Made by a program: the position numbers and the translations under genes
The notes under the pieces: model-generated
What the model was told of the DNA's origin: nothing
Seen by the model: only the letters and a program-made list of their open reading frames with translations
Databases searched by the model: none
Shown: positions 11,680 through 23,511 of the stretch, piece by piece
Layout of the letters: each line of letters begins with the position of its first letter
How positions within the stretch are numbered: position 1 is the first letter of the stretch
Assembly (NCBI GenBank): GCA_048623775.1
Contig: JBMCXW010000004.1
Location: 14,406-78,405, forward strand
Reading direction: 5' to 3'
Origin: Myxococcota bacterium
GTDB taxonomy: Bacteria > Myxococcota_A > Polyangia > Polyangiales > Houyiibacteriaceae
DNA: 64,000 nucleotides

Positions 11680-13437
11680 TCAAGCCCCGGGGGGTGCCAC
11701 GGAGTCTCGGCGAATGTGCCGCATCACCCGCAAGACCTCGGCACGCTCGATCACGCCCACGTACCGGCGCGAGTCCCGGTCGTGCACGACCGGGATGGTG
11801 TTGCCCGCAAAGGAATCGAACAAGCGGGCGGCCTCGGCCACCGGGTCGTCTGCGGCCAGGCAGGCCGCCTCGGGCGGAATGGACACCACGTCGGTGGCGA
11901 TCACCAGATCGGATGCGCGCGGATCGTAGACGATCTCGCTCAGGTCCTTGAGCCGGATCATTCCGCACAGGCGCCCTTCGTCGTCGACCACGGGAAACTG
12001 GTTGAAGGCGGAGTGGTTGGCGTAGTGGAGCATCTCGTCCATGTTCGCCCGGGCGGACAGGGCCTTGACGCCGCTGCGCATGGTCTGGCCGACGGTCAGG
12101 TCCGCCACGTCCTCCCCACGCTCCTTCCACGGCCCGCGCAGAACCCGGCGCAGGCTCCGGCGCCACGACCGCGGCGCGGTGCCGGGACGCGTGAGGAGCT
12201 GGCCGATCTGCACCTCCCCCGCCGACACCACGACCTGTTTCAAGAGCAGGGGTCCCGCCAGCTCGAAGACCACCGCCGCCGCCAGGACCACGTTCAGGAG
12301 CTGGGCCCCCAGCGCCTGATCGTACTGTGCGGCGAGCTGGGCGAGGGCGATGGCGGTGCCGGCCTGCGACAGCAGGGCGAGCCCGAAGGGCCGGCCGGGC
12401 CGGCCGTCGCCGCCGGACATCCGCAAGCCGCTCGTGCGCTCACCTGCCCGTGCGCCCAGCAGCTTTCCGAGCGTGCGGGCGACGATGTACACCCCGGCGA
12501 GCACCCAGTGGTCCCGGAGCAGGGCAAAGTCCATGTGCCAGCCGCTCAGGACGAAGAACGCCACGTAGGCGGGCTGGGCGAAGTTGTCCATGGCCGCCGT
12601 GATCGGATCGAAAAACCGCGAGCGGTTCACGACCACGGCCCCCGTCACCAGGAACACCAGCATGTGGGGCACGCCCGTCCACTGGCACACCCCGATGGTC
12701 AGCAGGAGCACGGTGAGCAGGGGCAGCGCGTAGTTGCCGAAGCCGACCCGGTCCTGAAGCACGATGAGCGCGTACCCGGACAGGACGCCCAGGCCGAGCG
12801 AGCCGACGACGTCCCACGCGATGCCGGCCACCGACACGCTTCCGCCGGCCAGGGCCACCAGCACGAGAAAGACCAGCTCGAAGAGGACGATCGTCAGCAT
12901 GTCGCTGAGCGCGGTGACGAGCTGGATGGCGTCGGAGGTCGGGCCGCTCGCCTCGTACTCCCGGAGCACCACCACGGTGGTCGTGGGCGCCACCTCCACG
13001 GCCAGCACGCCGAGCAGGACGGCCACGGCGATGGACTGGAGGACGAGCCAGGTGCCCCCCGCCACGAGCACGAAGGTCACCACCGACTGCAGCAAGGCGA
13101 GCGACAGCACGGGACGCTCGCGGCCGCGGACCTTGTCCAGGCGGAACTGCCCGCCGAGGACGAACAGCACCAGAGCCATCGTCAGGTCGGTGACCGGCCC
13201 CGACAGCGCCTCCCCGTGGGCCTCGGGCAGCAGCGACAGGCCGTACTTCCCGATGAGGACGCCAGCGGCGAGGTGGCCGATGAGGGCGGGGAGCCGCGCC
13301 ACGCGGGCCACCAGCCCCAGGATGGCGCCCCCCACCAGGATGAGCCCTCCACTCAGGAAGATGGACACGCCCGCGGCGTCGGGAAAGACGTCTCCCGGCA
13401 CCGGCCGGTTGTGTCTCGGACGGGTCGTCTCCGTCAA
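11680..13437 (-). CDS. Cation:proton antiporter (CPA/Kef-like membrane domain) with C-terminal CBS pair
   Basis: About 12 hydrophobic segments (LPALIGHLAAGVLIGKYGL... is typical of Na_H exchanger N-termini). C-terminal CBS-like repeats (FPVVDDEGRLCGMIRLKDL; IPVVHDRDSRRYVGVIERAEVL). Confidence 0.85.
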   Translation of the reverse strand: MTETTRPRHNRPVPGDVFPDAAGVSIFLSGGLILVGGAILGLVARVARLPALIGHLAAGVLIGKYGLSLLPEAHGEALSGPVTDLTMALVLFVLGGQFRLDKVRGRERPVLSLALLQSVVTFVLVAGGTWLVLQSIAVAVLLGVLAVEVAPTTTVVVLREYEASGPTSDAIQLVTALSDMLTIVLFELVFLVLVALAGGSVSVAGIAWDVVGSLGLGVLSGYALIVLQDRVGFGNYALPLLTVLLLTIGVCQWTGVPHMLVFLVTGAVVVNRSRFFDPITAAMDNFAQPAYVAFFVLSGWHMDFALLRDHWVLAGVYIVARTLGKLLGARAGERTSGLRMSGGDGRPGRPFGLALLSQAGTAIALAQLAAQYDQALGAQLLNVVLAAAVVFELAGPLLLKQVVVSAGEVQIGQLLTRPGTAPRSWRRSLRRVLRGPWKERGEDVADLTVGQTMRSGVKALSARANMDEMLHYANHSAFNQFPVVDDEGRLCGMIRLKDLSEIVYDPRASDLVIATDVVSIPPEAACLAADDPVAEAARLFDSFAGNTIPVVHDRDSRRYVGVIERAEVLRVMRHIRRDSVAPPGA

Positions 13438-13476
13438 GCGGCCGGGAAGGTTCCGAGGAACGGCCGAACCGCCGGC

Positions 13477-14145
13477 TCAGGCGAAGATGTCCACGAGCGG
13501 GCGGCTCCCCTCGCGGCCCACCACCTCGGCGCACACCTCGGTGAGCGCCTCGGCCCGGGCGGTGATGACCTCCAGGGCCGCAGGCTCGCTCGAGTCGGGG
13601 AACACCCCGCGATCGACGATGGCCGCGGCCGCGCCCGCTTCCAGGTAGGCCGGCGCGGAGTCCACGTCGACCCCACCGGCGGCGAGCAGGTCCACCTCGG
13701 GGAATTGCTGGTGCAGCATCGCGATGTACCCGGGCCCGCCGAGGGAGCCGACCGGAAACACGGACACCTGGTCGGCCCCGGATCCGGCCGCGCGCGCCAC
13801 CTCCGTCGGGGTGGCCCCACCGGCGATGACGGCCACACCCCGCTCCCGCGCTGCCTGGATCACCGATGCGTCGCAAATGGGCGAAAGCACGAAGCTGGCC
13901 CCCGCCGCGAGGGCGAGCGAGACGTGCTCGGTCCCCACCACGCCGTACAGGCCCACCTCCAGGCCGGCCTCGTCGGCCAGGTCCGACGTGATCTCGGTGA
14001 CGTTGGGCAGCCAGGCCGGGATCCCGAGCAGCTTGACGCCCCCCTTGGCCACCGCGATGGCCCAGTCGAACAGCCGCTCCCCCGCGTCCGCCTCGACGAC
14101 GGCGATGAGGCCCTCACTGCGGATCCGTTCGATCGTGCTCGACAT
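13477..14145 (-). CDS. KDPG/KHG-aldolase (Eda) fold protein, apparently lacking the Schiff-base lysine
   Basis: 222 aa, alignable by eye to E. coli Eda over its length. EVT is replaced by GIP, and FKFFPA by VSVFPV. Confidence 0.7.
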   Translation of the reverse strand: MSSTIERIRSEGLIAVVEADAGERLFDWAIAVAKGGVKLLGIPAWLPNVTEITSDLADEAGLEVGLYGVVGTEHVSLALAAGASFVLSPICDASVIQAARERGVAVIAGGATPTEVARAAGSGADQVSVFPVGSLGGPGYIAMLHQQFPEVDLLAAGGVDVDSAPAYLEAGAAAAIVDRGVFPDSSEPAALEVITARAEALTEVCAEVVGREGSRPLVDIFA

Positions 14146-14264
14146 GCCCCCTCCGGGTCGTGCCCGTGTCTTTCCCCGCTGTGGATCGGTTCGTCAAGGC
14201 GCCCGAGGCTGTGGCGACCGGTCCGATCGGTGATACCCTTCCGGAGAAGGAGGTCGCACCACCC

Positions 14265-16313
<2,049 letters not shown>

Positions 16314-16322
16314 CGTCCGCCC

Positions 16323-16673
16323 TCAGGGCTTGCGGCGCTCGTACTTGCTGAGCGCCTCGGCGATGCGCTCGATCTCGCGGCGGCGGCCCGGGGGGATCGC
16401 GCGGAGCATGGCGGCGAGCTTGTCGGCGGGGTCCCGCTCCCCGGCCGGGGCTTCGTAGCCGAGCAGGTCGTTGGGGGTGACCGACAGGGCGTCGCACAGC
16501 CGGGCGAGGGTGCCGAGGGAGGGGAGGCACCGGCCTCGCTCGATCCGGCTGATGAGCTCGACGGACACCTCCACCCGCTCGGCCAGCGCCGCCTGGCTCA
16601 GCTTCAGCTCCTTGCGCCGCTTGCGCAAGCGCGAGGAGACGACACGGGTCAGCTCCGCCACGGAGCCAGGCAT
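16323..16673 (-). CDS. XRE-family helix-turn-helix transcriptional regulator
   Basis: LRKRRKELKLSQAALAERVEVSVELISRIERGRCLPSLGTLARLCDAL is a canonical Cro/C1 HTH; 116 aa. Confidence 0.85.
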   Translation of the reverse strand: MPGSVAELTRVVSSRLRKRRKELKLSQAALAERVEVSVELISRIERGRCLPSLGTLARLCDALSVTPNDLLGYEAPAGERDPADKLAAMLRAIPPGRRREIERIAEALSKYERRKP

Positions 16674-16729
16674 CTTGGCCGGCGGGCACCGGGCGCGACA
16701 GGACTTGTCAGCCTGGCTAGTGATGTACT

Positions 16730-17122
16730 ATGAATCCATGCGTGGGGTGGGTCCTCCTGGTCGAAGACGACCGCCTGGTGGCGGCGTCCCTCGAGCGTAT
16801 CTTCCGGCGCCGGGCCGGCCTGCGGACGCGGTGGGCCCCCGATGGGGAGGCGGTTCTTCGCGCCCTTCGGGAAGAGCCCGAGCCGCCGCGGGCGCTGGTC
16901 CTCGACCACGACCTGGGCCCCGGACGGCCGACGGGGGTGGACGTGCTGCAGGTTCTGCGCTCGCGGCTGCCGCCCGGCACGCCCTGTGCTTTCCACACCG
17001 GGATGGAGGCAGCCGAGATGCACCGGACCCTCGAGGCGCACCGGGTCGAGGGAGTGCGCCTCTTCGCCAAGCCCCACGCCCTCGAGCCCATGGTCCGGTG
17101 GTTGGCGGCCGTGGGGCCCTGA
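16730..17122 (+). CDS. Single-domain response regulator (receiver only)
   Basis: LLVEDD, phospho-acceptor context ALVLDHDLG, conserved T (FHTG) and K-P (FAKPH). An in-frame GTG at 16742 is an alternative start. Confidence 0.8.
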   Translation: MNPCVGWVLLVEDDRLVAASLERIFRRRAGLRTRWAPDGEAVLRALREEPEPPRALVLDHDLGPGRPTGVDVLQVLRSRLPPGTPCAFHTGMEAAEMHRTLEAHRVEGVRLFAKPHALEPMVRWLAAVGP

Positions 17123-17162
17123 CGCTACGGCACCACGCGGAGGGCGCAGCGAAGGTTCACAC

Positions 17163-17177
17163 TGGCACCGGGGTTGA
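17163..17177 (+). promoter_or_regulatory. Sigma-54-like -24/-12 element (TGGCAC-N5-TTGA), imperfect
   Basis: TGGCACcggggTTGA, 34 nt upstream of ATG 17211. The -12 GC is GA, so this is weak. Confidence 0.25.
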
Positions 17178-17210
17178 AATTGTGGTTGCATCCCGGCTCG
17201 GAGGGTCTCC

Positions 17211-18131
17211 ATGCACGGTCGGTGGGCTTGGCTTTTGGCAGCGGCGCTGTGCGCAACCGCGGCGCCCGCCTTGGCGCAAGAGGGGGAGCCGGCGGCCTCG
17301 GACGGTGCCCGCGAGAAGTTCCTCGAGGGCCAACGCGCCTATCAGCAGGGCGACTACGAGACGGCGATCGCCCGGTGGAGCGAGGCCTACGAGCTCGATC
17401 CCCGCCCCCTCATCCTCTACAACCTGAGCCAGGCCCACGAGCGGTACGGCCAGCTCCCGGAAGCCGCTGCCGCGCTCGAGAAGTACCTGGCCGAGGCCGA
17501 CGCGCACGACCCGAACCGGGAGACGGCGCGCGCGCGCCTGGCGAGCATCCGCGAGCGTCTGGGCCGAACCGGTATCCGGGTCGCGGACGCCCCCGAAGGT
17601 GCCGAGATCTTCGTCGACGACGCATCCTGGGGCCGCGCTCCGCGCCCGGATCGCATCCCGCTGGAGCCGGGCTCGCACCGGGTCGTGCTCAAGCTGGAGG
17701 GCTACGAGGACTTCCGCGCGAGCGTCGGCGTGCCGGCGGGCCAGACGGTGGACGTGAGCGCGGCGATGGAGCCCGGCGTTTCGGCGCCGGCCTCAGCCGA
17801 GGCGGATGCCCCGGGCTTGGGCCCCTGGCTGGTGGTCGGGGGAGGCGGCGCCCTGCTGCTCACCGGGGCGATCACCGGCGGGCTGGCCCTGAAAAAGGCG
17901 GGCGACGCCGAATTCCGCGACGACGGGGACGCCGACGGCGCCAAGACCCTCGGCCTGCTGACCGACATCCTGCTTCCGGTGGGGGCCGCAGCGGTGGCGG
18001 GGGGGCTGCTCTGGTACTTCCTGGCGCGCCCCGGCGACGGCGGGGAAGAGGATTCGGAGGGGGCCGAGGTCTCGGTGGAGCCCTGGTTCGGACCCCAAGG
18101 TGGCGGCGCGGACGCCACGGTGCGGTTCTGA
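17211..18131 (+). CDS. Secreted TPR + PEGA domain protein with C-terminal TM helices
   Basis: Signal peptide WAWLLAAALCATAAPALA. TPR-like YQQGDYETAIARWSEAYELDP. Literal PEGA motif (RVADAPEGAEIFVDD...GSHRVVLKLEGYEDF). RBS GGAGGG. Confidence 0.8.
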   Translation: MHGRWAWLLAAALCATAAPALAQEGEPAASDGAREKFLEGQRAYQQGDYETAIARWSEAYELDPRPLILYNLSQAHERYGQLPEAAAALEKYLAEADAHDPNRETARARLASIRERLGRTGIRVADAPEGAEIFVDDASWGRAPRPDRIPLEPGSHRVVLKLEGYEDFRASVGVPAGQTVDVSAAMEPGVSAPASAEADAPGLGPWLVVGGGGALLLTGAITGGLALKKAGDAEFRDDGDADGAKTLGLLTDILLPVGAAAVAGGLLWYFLARPGDGGEEDSEGAEVSVEPWFGPQGGGADATVRF

Positions 18132-18147
18132 GGTGGGAGAGACGGCG

Positions 18148-18648
18148 ATGCGCGCACGCAACTGGATGATCCTCTCGCTGGCGGGCCTCGTGGGGCTCGG
18201 GTGCTCGGCCATCGTGGATGGCGAGCTGTCGGACAAGCCCTTCGAAAGCGAGCAGGACGGCGGGACGGACCTCTGCGGCACCGAGTTCTGCCCGCCCGGC
18301 GCGGAGGACGGCACCAGCTGCAGCACCTCGTCCATGCCGGACCACATCTGCGTGGACGGCTGCTGCACCGAGCGCCGCTGCGGGGATGGCTACGTCGACA
18401 CCGACGCGGGCGAGGAGTGCGACGACGGCAACGACGTGAACGGTGACGGCTGCGAGGACGACTGCACCATCACGTGCACCATGGACGCGGACTGCGACGA
18501 CGGCGAGGGGTGCGACGGGGAGGAGCGGTGCGTGGACAACGTGTGTGAGGAGGGCGACCTGCTGCCCAACGGCACGCCCTGCCAGCTCGGGACCGCCGAC
18601 GGCGGGATCATTTCTGCAAGCTGTCAGGACGGAGTCTGCACTCCATGA
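18148..18648 (+). CDS. Lipoprotein with Myxococcus-type cysteine-rich repeat
   Basis: Lipobox LVGLGCS. CGDGYVDTDAGEECDDGNDVNGDGCEDDCTITC matches the myxobacterial disulfide repeat consensus. ATG at 18148. Confidence 0.8.
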   Translation: MRARNWMILSLAGLVGLGCSAIVDGELSDKPFESEQDGGTDLCGTEFCPPGAEDGTSCSTSSMPDHICVDGCCTERRCGDGYVDTDAGEECDDGNDVNGDGCEDDCTITCTMDADCDDGEGCDGEERCVDNVCEEGDLLPNGTPCQLGTADGGIISASCQDGVCTP

Positions 18649-18739
18649 GGACGGCCTCCTGTCGCATGCCTCCTGGGCGCGTGTAATGTATGACGGAGCT
18701 TGGCCCCGGTGACGGGGCGGGGGAAAGAACGACGGAAAA

Positions 18740-20053
18740 ATGCAAAGAACGACTTGGATTGGATTGGTCTTGGCGGCCGCTCTCGTGGCGGCGGGGTGCG
18801 GAAGCGATGGCAGCTCGGGCGACGAGCAGGATGCATCGGTAGCCGAGTGCGGCAACGGGGAAGTCGAGGCCGGCGAAGAGTGCGACGACGGCAACGGCAC
18901 CTCCGGCGACGGATGCGAGCCGGACTGCACGTTCACCTGCAACGACGACGCCGACTGCGACGACGGCGAGCCCTGCAACGGGCAGGAAACCTGCAACCCG
19001 GCCTTGCACCGCTGCCAGCAGGGAACCCCGCTCGAGGCAGGTGCAAGCTGCACGCTCGAAGCGCCCGGAGGCACCTCCGATGGCGGAGTGGGCGACGGCG
19101 GCGCGCCGGGCACGGTGGAAGGCAAATGCGTGGACGAGCGCTGCGGCGTCCTCTGCGACCCGGAGGAGGGCGACGCCCAGTGCGATGACGGCAACCCCTG
19201 CAACGGCACGGAGAGCTGCCATGCGGAGCACGGCGCCTGCGCGGCAGGGACGCCGCCCGACTGCGACGACGGCCTCGAATGCACCGTCGATAGTTGCGAC
19301 GAGACCTGCGAGGAATGCGCCACGCCCGAGGACGCCTGCGTGCACACCCTGGTCGACGAGGACGGGGACGGTTTCGCTCCCTCCGAGCTCGACTGCGACG
19401 AAGCGCGTGAAGGCGACTGCAACGACGAGGACCCGGAGATCAACCCCGTCGCCGTGGAGGACTGCTCCGACGACGTCGACAACGACTGTGACGGCACGGT
19501 CAACGAGGCCAACATCTGGTACCAGGACTGCGACGGAGACGGCTACGCCACCGCCGACGCCATGACGTCGGAGGGCTGTGCCAAACCGGGTACCACCGAG
19601 TCCTGCATCGACTGGACCACCCGTACCCCCTCAGGAGCGGTCCACACCGACTGCGACGACACGAACGCCGGCGTGTACCCCGGGGCCGAGAACGAAGAGC
19701 GGGAAGACGGCCGCTGGACCCGTCCCTACTGCCGCACCGGCGGCGCCCCCGGAGGAAGCGACATCACCTTCGCGTCGGGCTCGTACGGAAGCTACTCCTG
19801 TTCGGGCGGCGGATACCCGAACTGGGACTTCAACTGCAACGGGAGCTCCGACTACTTCAGCGATACGTCCGAGTACTCCTGCGGTCTCTTCGCGTGTAGC
19901 GGAGGGTGGGCCGGCTCGCGGGCGAACTGCGGCCAGTACGCAAGCTGGCAAAACTGCGGAGAGCAGACATGCTCCTGTAGCGGATTCCCCCAGCTCTGCA
20001 TCTGCGACTGCGACAACGCCAGCACGACCTCTAAGCAGCAGACCTGCCGCTGA
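18740..20053 (+). CDS. Large cysteine-rich lipoprotein (Myxococcus Cys-rich repeats plus MopE-like putative metal-binding repeats)
   Basis: Lipobox LVAAGCG. CGNGEVEAGEECDDGNGTSGDGCEPDCTFTC. DEDGDGF...DCNDEDPEINP...EDCSDDVDNDCDG. Very Cys-rich C-terminus. Confidence 0.85.
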   Translation: MQRTTWIGLVLAAALVAAGCGSDGSSGDEQDASVAECGNGEVEAGEECDDGNGTSGDGCEPDCTFTCNDDADCDDGEPCNGQETCNPALHRCQQGTPLEAGASCTLEAPGGTSDGGVGDGGAPGTVEGKCVDERCGVLCDPEEGDAQCDDGNPCNGTESCHAEHGACAAGTPPDCDDGLECTVDSCDETCEECATPEDACVHTLVDEDGDGFAPSELDCDEAREGDCNDEDPEINPVAVEDCSDDVDNDCDGTVNEANIWYQDCDGDGYATADAMTSEGCAKPGTTESCIDWTTRTPSGAVHTDCDDTNAGVYPGAENEEREDGRWTRPYCRTGGAPGGSDITFASGSYGSYSCSGGGYPNWDFNCNGSSDYFSDTSEYSCGLFACSGGWAGSRANCGQYASWQNCGEQTCSCSGFPQLCICDCDNASTTSKQQTCR

Positions 20054-20079
20054 CGACGGCACCCGCCGCATCACAGCGA

Positions 20080-20118
20080 GGGCCGGAGGGCATGTCTCCT
20101 CCGGCCCTTCTTCCTTCC
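20080..20118 (+). terminator. Rho-independent terminator after the Cys-rich lipoprotein gene
   Basis: 10-11 bp GC stem GGGCCGGAGG(G)/(T)CCTCCGGCCC with a 6-nt loop (20080-20107), followed by the pyrimidine/T-rich tail ttcttccttcc. Confidence 0.6.
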
Positions 20119-20214
20119 GGCGGCCCGAACCGCATCGCGCGCGGACGGGGCGCAGGGGGCGCGTGGGCGGCAAACCTGGCGCGGGCGGGGGACCCGGCCC
20201 TAAACTAAGGAGCA

Positions 20215-21327
20215 GTGTCCCTCAAGATCGATCAGGACCACTCCCGGTTCCGTCAGATCGTTCGCGGCAAGATCCGCCAGAACCTGCGTCGCTACATCTC
20301 CCAGGGGGAGCTGATCGGCAAGCGGGGCAAGGACCGCGTCTCGATCCCCATCCCGCAGATCGACATCCCCCGCTTCCGGTTCGAGGACCGGCAGCAGGGG
20401 GGTGTCGGGCAGGGCGACGGCGAGCCCGGCGACCCGCTCTCCGGTCAGGGCCAGGAGGATCAGGGCGGCCCCGGGGAAGCGGGTTCGGAGGCGGGCGACC
20501 ACGTCCTCGAGGTGGACGTCACCCTGGAGGAGCTGGCGGACATCCTCGGCGAGGAGCTCGAGCTGCCCCACATCGAGACCAAGGGCAAGAGCTCCGTCGT
20601 CGACAAGAAGGACCGGTACGTGGGCATCCGGACCGTCGGGCCCAACTCGCTCCGGCACTTCAAGCGCACCTTCCGGGCGGCGCTGAAGCGCCAGCTAGCC
20701 TCCGGCACCTACGACAAGGAGCGCCCGGTCATCATCCCGACCCGGGAGGACATGCGCTACCGGTCGTGGAGGACCGAGGAGGAGCCGGTCGCCAACGCGG
20801 TCATCCTGTACATGATGGACGTGAGCGGCTCCATGGGGGACGAGCAGAAGGAGATCGTGCGGATCGAGTCCTTCTGGATCGACGCCTGGCTCCGGCGCCA
20901 CTACAAGGGCATCGAGACGCGGTTCATCATCCACGACGCGGTGGCGCGCGAGGTGGACCGGGACACGTTCTTCCGCACCCGCGAGAGCGGGGGCACCATG
21001 ATCTCGAGCGCCTATCGGCTCGCCGCCAAGATCATCGAGAGCGACTATCCCGTGAACGAGTGGAACATCTATCCCTTTCACTTCTCGGACGGCGACAACT
21101 GGTCGGTGGACGATACCCTGCTGTGCGTGGACCTGCTCAAGAACAAGCTCCTGCCCGCCAGCAATGTCTTCTGCTACGGCCAGGTGGAGAGCCCCTACGG
21201 CTCGGGGCAGTTCATCAAGGACCTCAAGGAGCACTTCCGGGACGACGACTCGCTGATCACGAGCGAGATCCGCGACCGCGACGCCATCGTGGGCAGCATC
21301 GGGGACTTCCTCGGGAAGGGGAAGTGA
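20215..21327 (+). CDS. yeaH: DUF444 protein (YeaH/YhbH family, vWA-like)
   Basis: [34 protein letters not shown]...[13 protein letters not shown] and [10 protein letters not shown] (MIDAS-like). GTG start. Followed by spoVR after a 7-nt gap. Confidence 0.9.
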   Translation: MSLKIDQDHSRFRQIVRGKIRQNLRRYISQGELIGKRGKDRVSIPIPQIDIPRFRFEDRQQGGVGQGDGEPGDPLSGQGQEDQGGPGEAGSEAGDHVLEVDVTLEELADILGEELELPHIETKGKSSVVDKKDRYVGIRTVGPNSLRHFKRTFRAALKRQLASGTYDKERPVIIPTREDMRYRSWRTEEEPVANAVILYMMDVSGSMGDEQKEIVRIESFWIDAWLRRHYKGIETRFIIHDAVAREVDRDTFFRTRESGGTMISSAYRLAAKIIESDYPVNEWNIYPFHFSDGDNWSVDDTLLCVDLLKNKLLPASNVFCYGQVESPYGSGQFIKDLKEHFRDDDSLITSEIRDRDAIVGSIGDFLGKGK

Positions 21328-21334
21328 GGCGTCC

Positions 21335-22870
21335 ATGGCCAAGTTCGCGCTGAAGACGGCCTTGCCGAGCTACCTGCGGGACGAGCAGGCCCGCGTGGAA
21401 GGGTTCTGCCGCGAGTACGGGCTCGACTTCTTCCCGGTGATCTTCGAGATGCTCAGCTACGACCAGATGAACGAGGTGGCGGCCTACGGCGGCTTCCCCA
21501 CGCGCTACCCGCACTGGCGCTTCGGGATGGAGTACGAGCGGCTGAGCAAGAGCTACGAGTACGGGCTGGCCAAAATCTACGAGATGGTCATCAACAACAA
21601 CCCGTCCGTCGCCTACCTCCTCGAAGGCAACAGCCTGGTCGAGCAGAAGCTGGTGATGAGCCACGTCTACGCGCACGTGGACTTCTTCAAGAACAACTTC
21701 TACTTCCGCGCCACCAACCAGGGCATGGACTTCGAGACCGGCGAGCCCATCCGGAAGTGGATCGATACCATGGCCAACGACGGGGCCGTGGTTCGGCGCT
21801 GGGCCAACCGCATCGGGGTCGAAAAGGTGGAGCGGTTCATCGACGTCTGCCTCAGCCTCGAGAACCTCGTCGATCCCCAGCTCCCCTTCCAGCCCGCGCC
21901 GCGCCCGGAGGGAGAAGACGGGGAGAACGAGGACGAGCCCCCCGAGCTCCGGCTGCTCCGGGTCGACCGCGACTACATGGAGAGCTTCATCAACCCGGAG
22001 GAGTTCGTCGAAGCGCAGAAGCGCAGGCTCGAGGCGGACAAGCAGAAGGCGAAGAAGTTCCCCGAGCATCCGCGGCGCGACGTGCTGGGATTTCTCATCG
22101 AGCACGCACCGCTCGAGCGCTGGGAGCGGGAGGTCCTCGGGGTGATCCGCCGCGAGGGCTACTACTTCCTGCCCCAGATGCAGACCAAGATCATGAACGA
22201 GGGGTGGGCCTCGTACTTTCACTCCAAGCTCATGACCGAGCGGGTCTGCGACGCCTCGGAGATCATCGACTACGCGGACCGCAACGCCTCCGTGATGTCC
22301 ACATCGGGCGGGCGGCTCAACCCCTACAAGCTGGGCGTGGAGCTCTACCGGCACATCGAGGACCGGTGGAACAAGGGGCAGTTCGGCAAGGAGTGGGAGG
22401 AGTGCGACGACATGGAGGCACGCCGCGCCTGGGACCGCCGCACGGGGCTGGGGCGTCAGAAGATCTTCGAGGTGCGTGCCCTCTACAACGACGTGACCTT
22501 CATCGACGAATTCCTCACCCCGGACTTCGTGGCCGAGCAGAAGATGTACGCCTTCGGCTACAACGACCGGAACGACCGGTGGGAGATCGAAACCCGCGAG
22601 TTCGAGAAGGTGAAAACGAAGCTGCTCTTCCAGCTCACCAACGCCGGCAACCCGGTGATCCAGGTGGTGGACGCAAACCACGGCAACCGCGGCGAGCTGC
22701 TGCTCGCCCACGATCACCAGGGCATCGACCTGCGCCTCGACTGGGCCCGGGAGACGCTCGCCGCGCTCGAGCGCATGTGGAAGCGCCCGGTGGAGCTGCA
22801 CACCTTGCTGGACGGCAAGCCCACGCTCCTCCGCTTCGACGGAACGGAGCACGTCCAGCGGGCCCTGTGA
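21335..22870 (+). CDS. spoVR: SpoVR/YcgB family protein
   Basis: [36 protein letters not shown] and downstream SpoVR-wide similarity; 511 aa. Confidence 0.95.
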   Translation: MAKFALKTALPSYLRDEQARVEGFCREYGLDFFPVIFEMLSYDQMNEVAAYGGFPTRYPHWRFGMEYERLSKSYEYGLAKIYEMVINNNPSVAYLLEGNSLVEQKLVMSHVYAHVDFFKNNFYFRATNQGMDFETGEPIRKWIDTMANDGAVVRRWANRIGVEKVERFIDVCLSLENLVDPQLPFQPAPRPEGEDGENEDEPPELRLLRVDRDYMESFINPEEFVEAQKRRLEADKQKAKKFPEHPRRDVLGFLIEHAPLERWEREVLGVIRREGYYFLPQMQTKIMNEGWASYFHSKLMTERVCDASEIIDYADRNASVMSTSGGRLNPYKLGVELYRHIEDRWNKGQFGKEWEECDDMEARRAWDRRTGLGRQKIFEVRALYNDVTFIDEFLTPDFVAEQKMYAFGYNDRNDRWEIETREFEKVKTKLLFQLTNAGNPVIQVVDANHGNRGELLLAHDHQGIDLRLDWARETLAALERMWKRPVELHTLLDGKPTLLRFDGTEHVQRAL

Positions 22871-22885
22871 TCCGCGGGGACGGGC

Positions 22886-23446
22886 TCAGTCGCAGCGGCT
22901 GATGGAGAACGCGGCCGGCTCCGACGCCGAGTCGGGCGACGTGAGGTCGCGCTGGCGCGTGGGAGTCGCGTCGGGCGCCATGCCCGTGCAGCGGACTTCA
23001 CCGGCGTAGGCCGGCCCGTGGTCGGTCTCGACACGGGCGAAGCTCGGCATCTCGCAGTCGTCACCAAGGGTACCCACGAACGGAGAGCTCTCCCCGTACT
23101 CCCGCACCTGCACGCTGCCGCCGCTGATGTCGTATCCCTCGTCGAACACCAGGTCGTCCAGGACCAGCATCGCCCGCCCGCCCCCGTCTTCCTCCACGCC
23201 GATGCGCATCCGGAACAGGGTGAGGCCCTCCCCCGCATCGTGCGTCGAGCACTCGACGAGAAAGCCGGGATCCCCTTCCTCGGCGACGATCTCGCGGGCC
23301 GGACCGTTGGCCGTACAGAGGCCCTCCCCCGAGGCCGGGCATCGGAGGCGCCACTCGGCATCGGCGAAGCTCGCGCCGTCGCTGCCGCCACAGCCAGCCG
23401 CAACCGGAAGGAGGAGCAGAACACCGGCGATGATGAAGCGGTTCAT
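22886..23446 (-). CDS. Hypothetical lipoprotein
   Basis: ATG 23446 with RBS GGAGGG. MNRFIIAGVLLLLPVAAGCGG lipobox. Six further Cys. I do not recognise the family. Confidence 0.65.
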   Translation of the reverse strand: MNRFIIAGVLLLLPVAAGCGGSDGASFADAEWRLRCPASGEGLCTANGPAREIVAEEGDPGFLVECSTHDAGEGLTLFRMRIGVEEDGGGRAMLVLDDLVFDEGYDISGGSVQVREYGESSPFVGTLGDDCEMPSFARVETDHGPAYAGEVRCTGMAPDATPTRQRDLTSPDSASEPAAFSISRCD

Positions 23447-23511
23447 GGGATTTCCCTCCCCGCGGAGCATCCTATCAACCGCCCGGAAGGTGACCAACTT
23501 GCCGGCAAGGA

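Noticed and set aside
16323-17122. XRE regulator plus the small adjacent ORF as a toxin-antitoxin pair.
   Set aside because: The partner is divergently transcribed and is a bona fide receiver domain (DD, D, T, K-P all present), not a toxin fold.
16323-20118. The two blocks that interrupt conserved gene sets (16323..20118 and 46117..52981) as mobile elements or genomic islands.
   Set aside because: No integrase, transposase, tRNA, flanking direct or inverted repeats, or visible drop in GC or codon bias. The content is ordinary myxobacterial envelope, signalling and transport genes.
20119-20214. Sigma-54 promoter upstream of yeaH-spoVR.
   Set aside because: No TGGCAC-N5-TTGC-like match. The CTGGCG...GGGGA string does not fit the -12 element.
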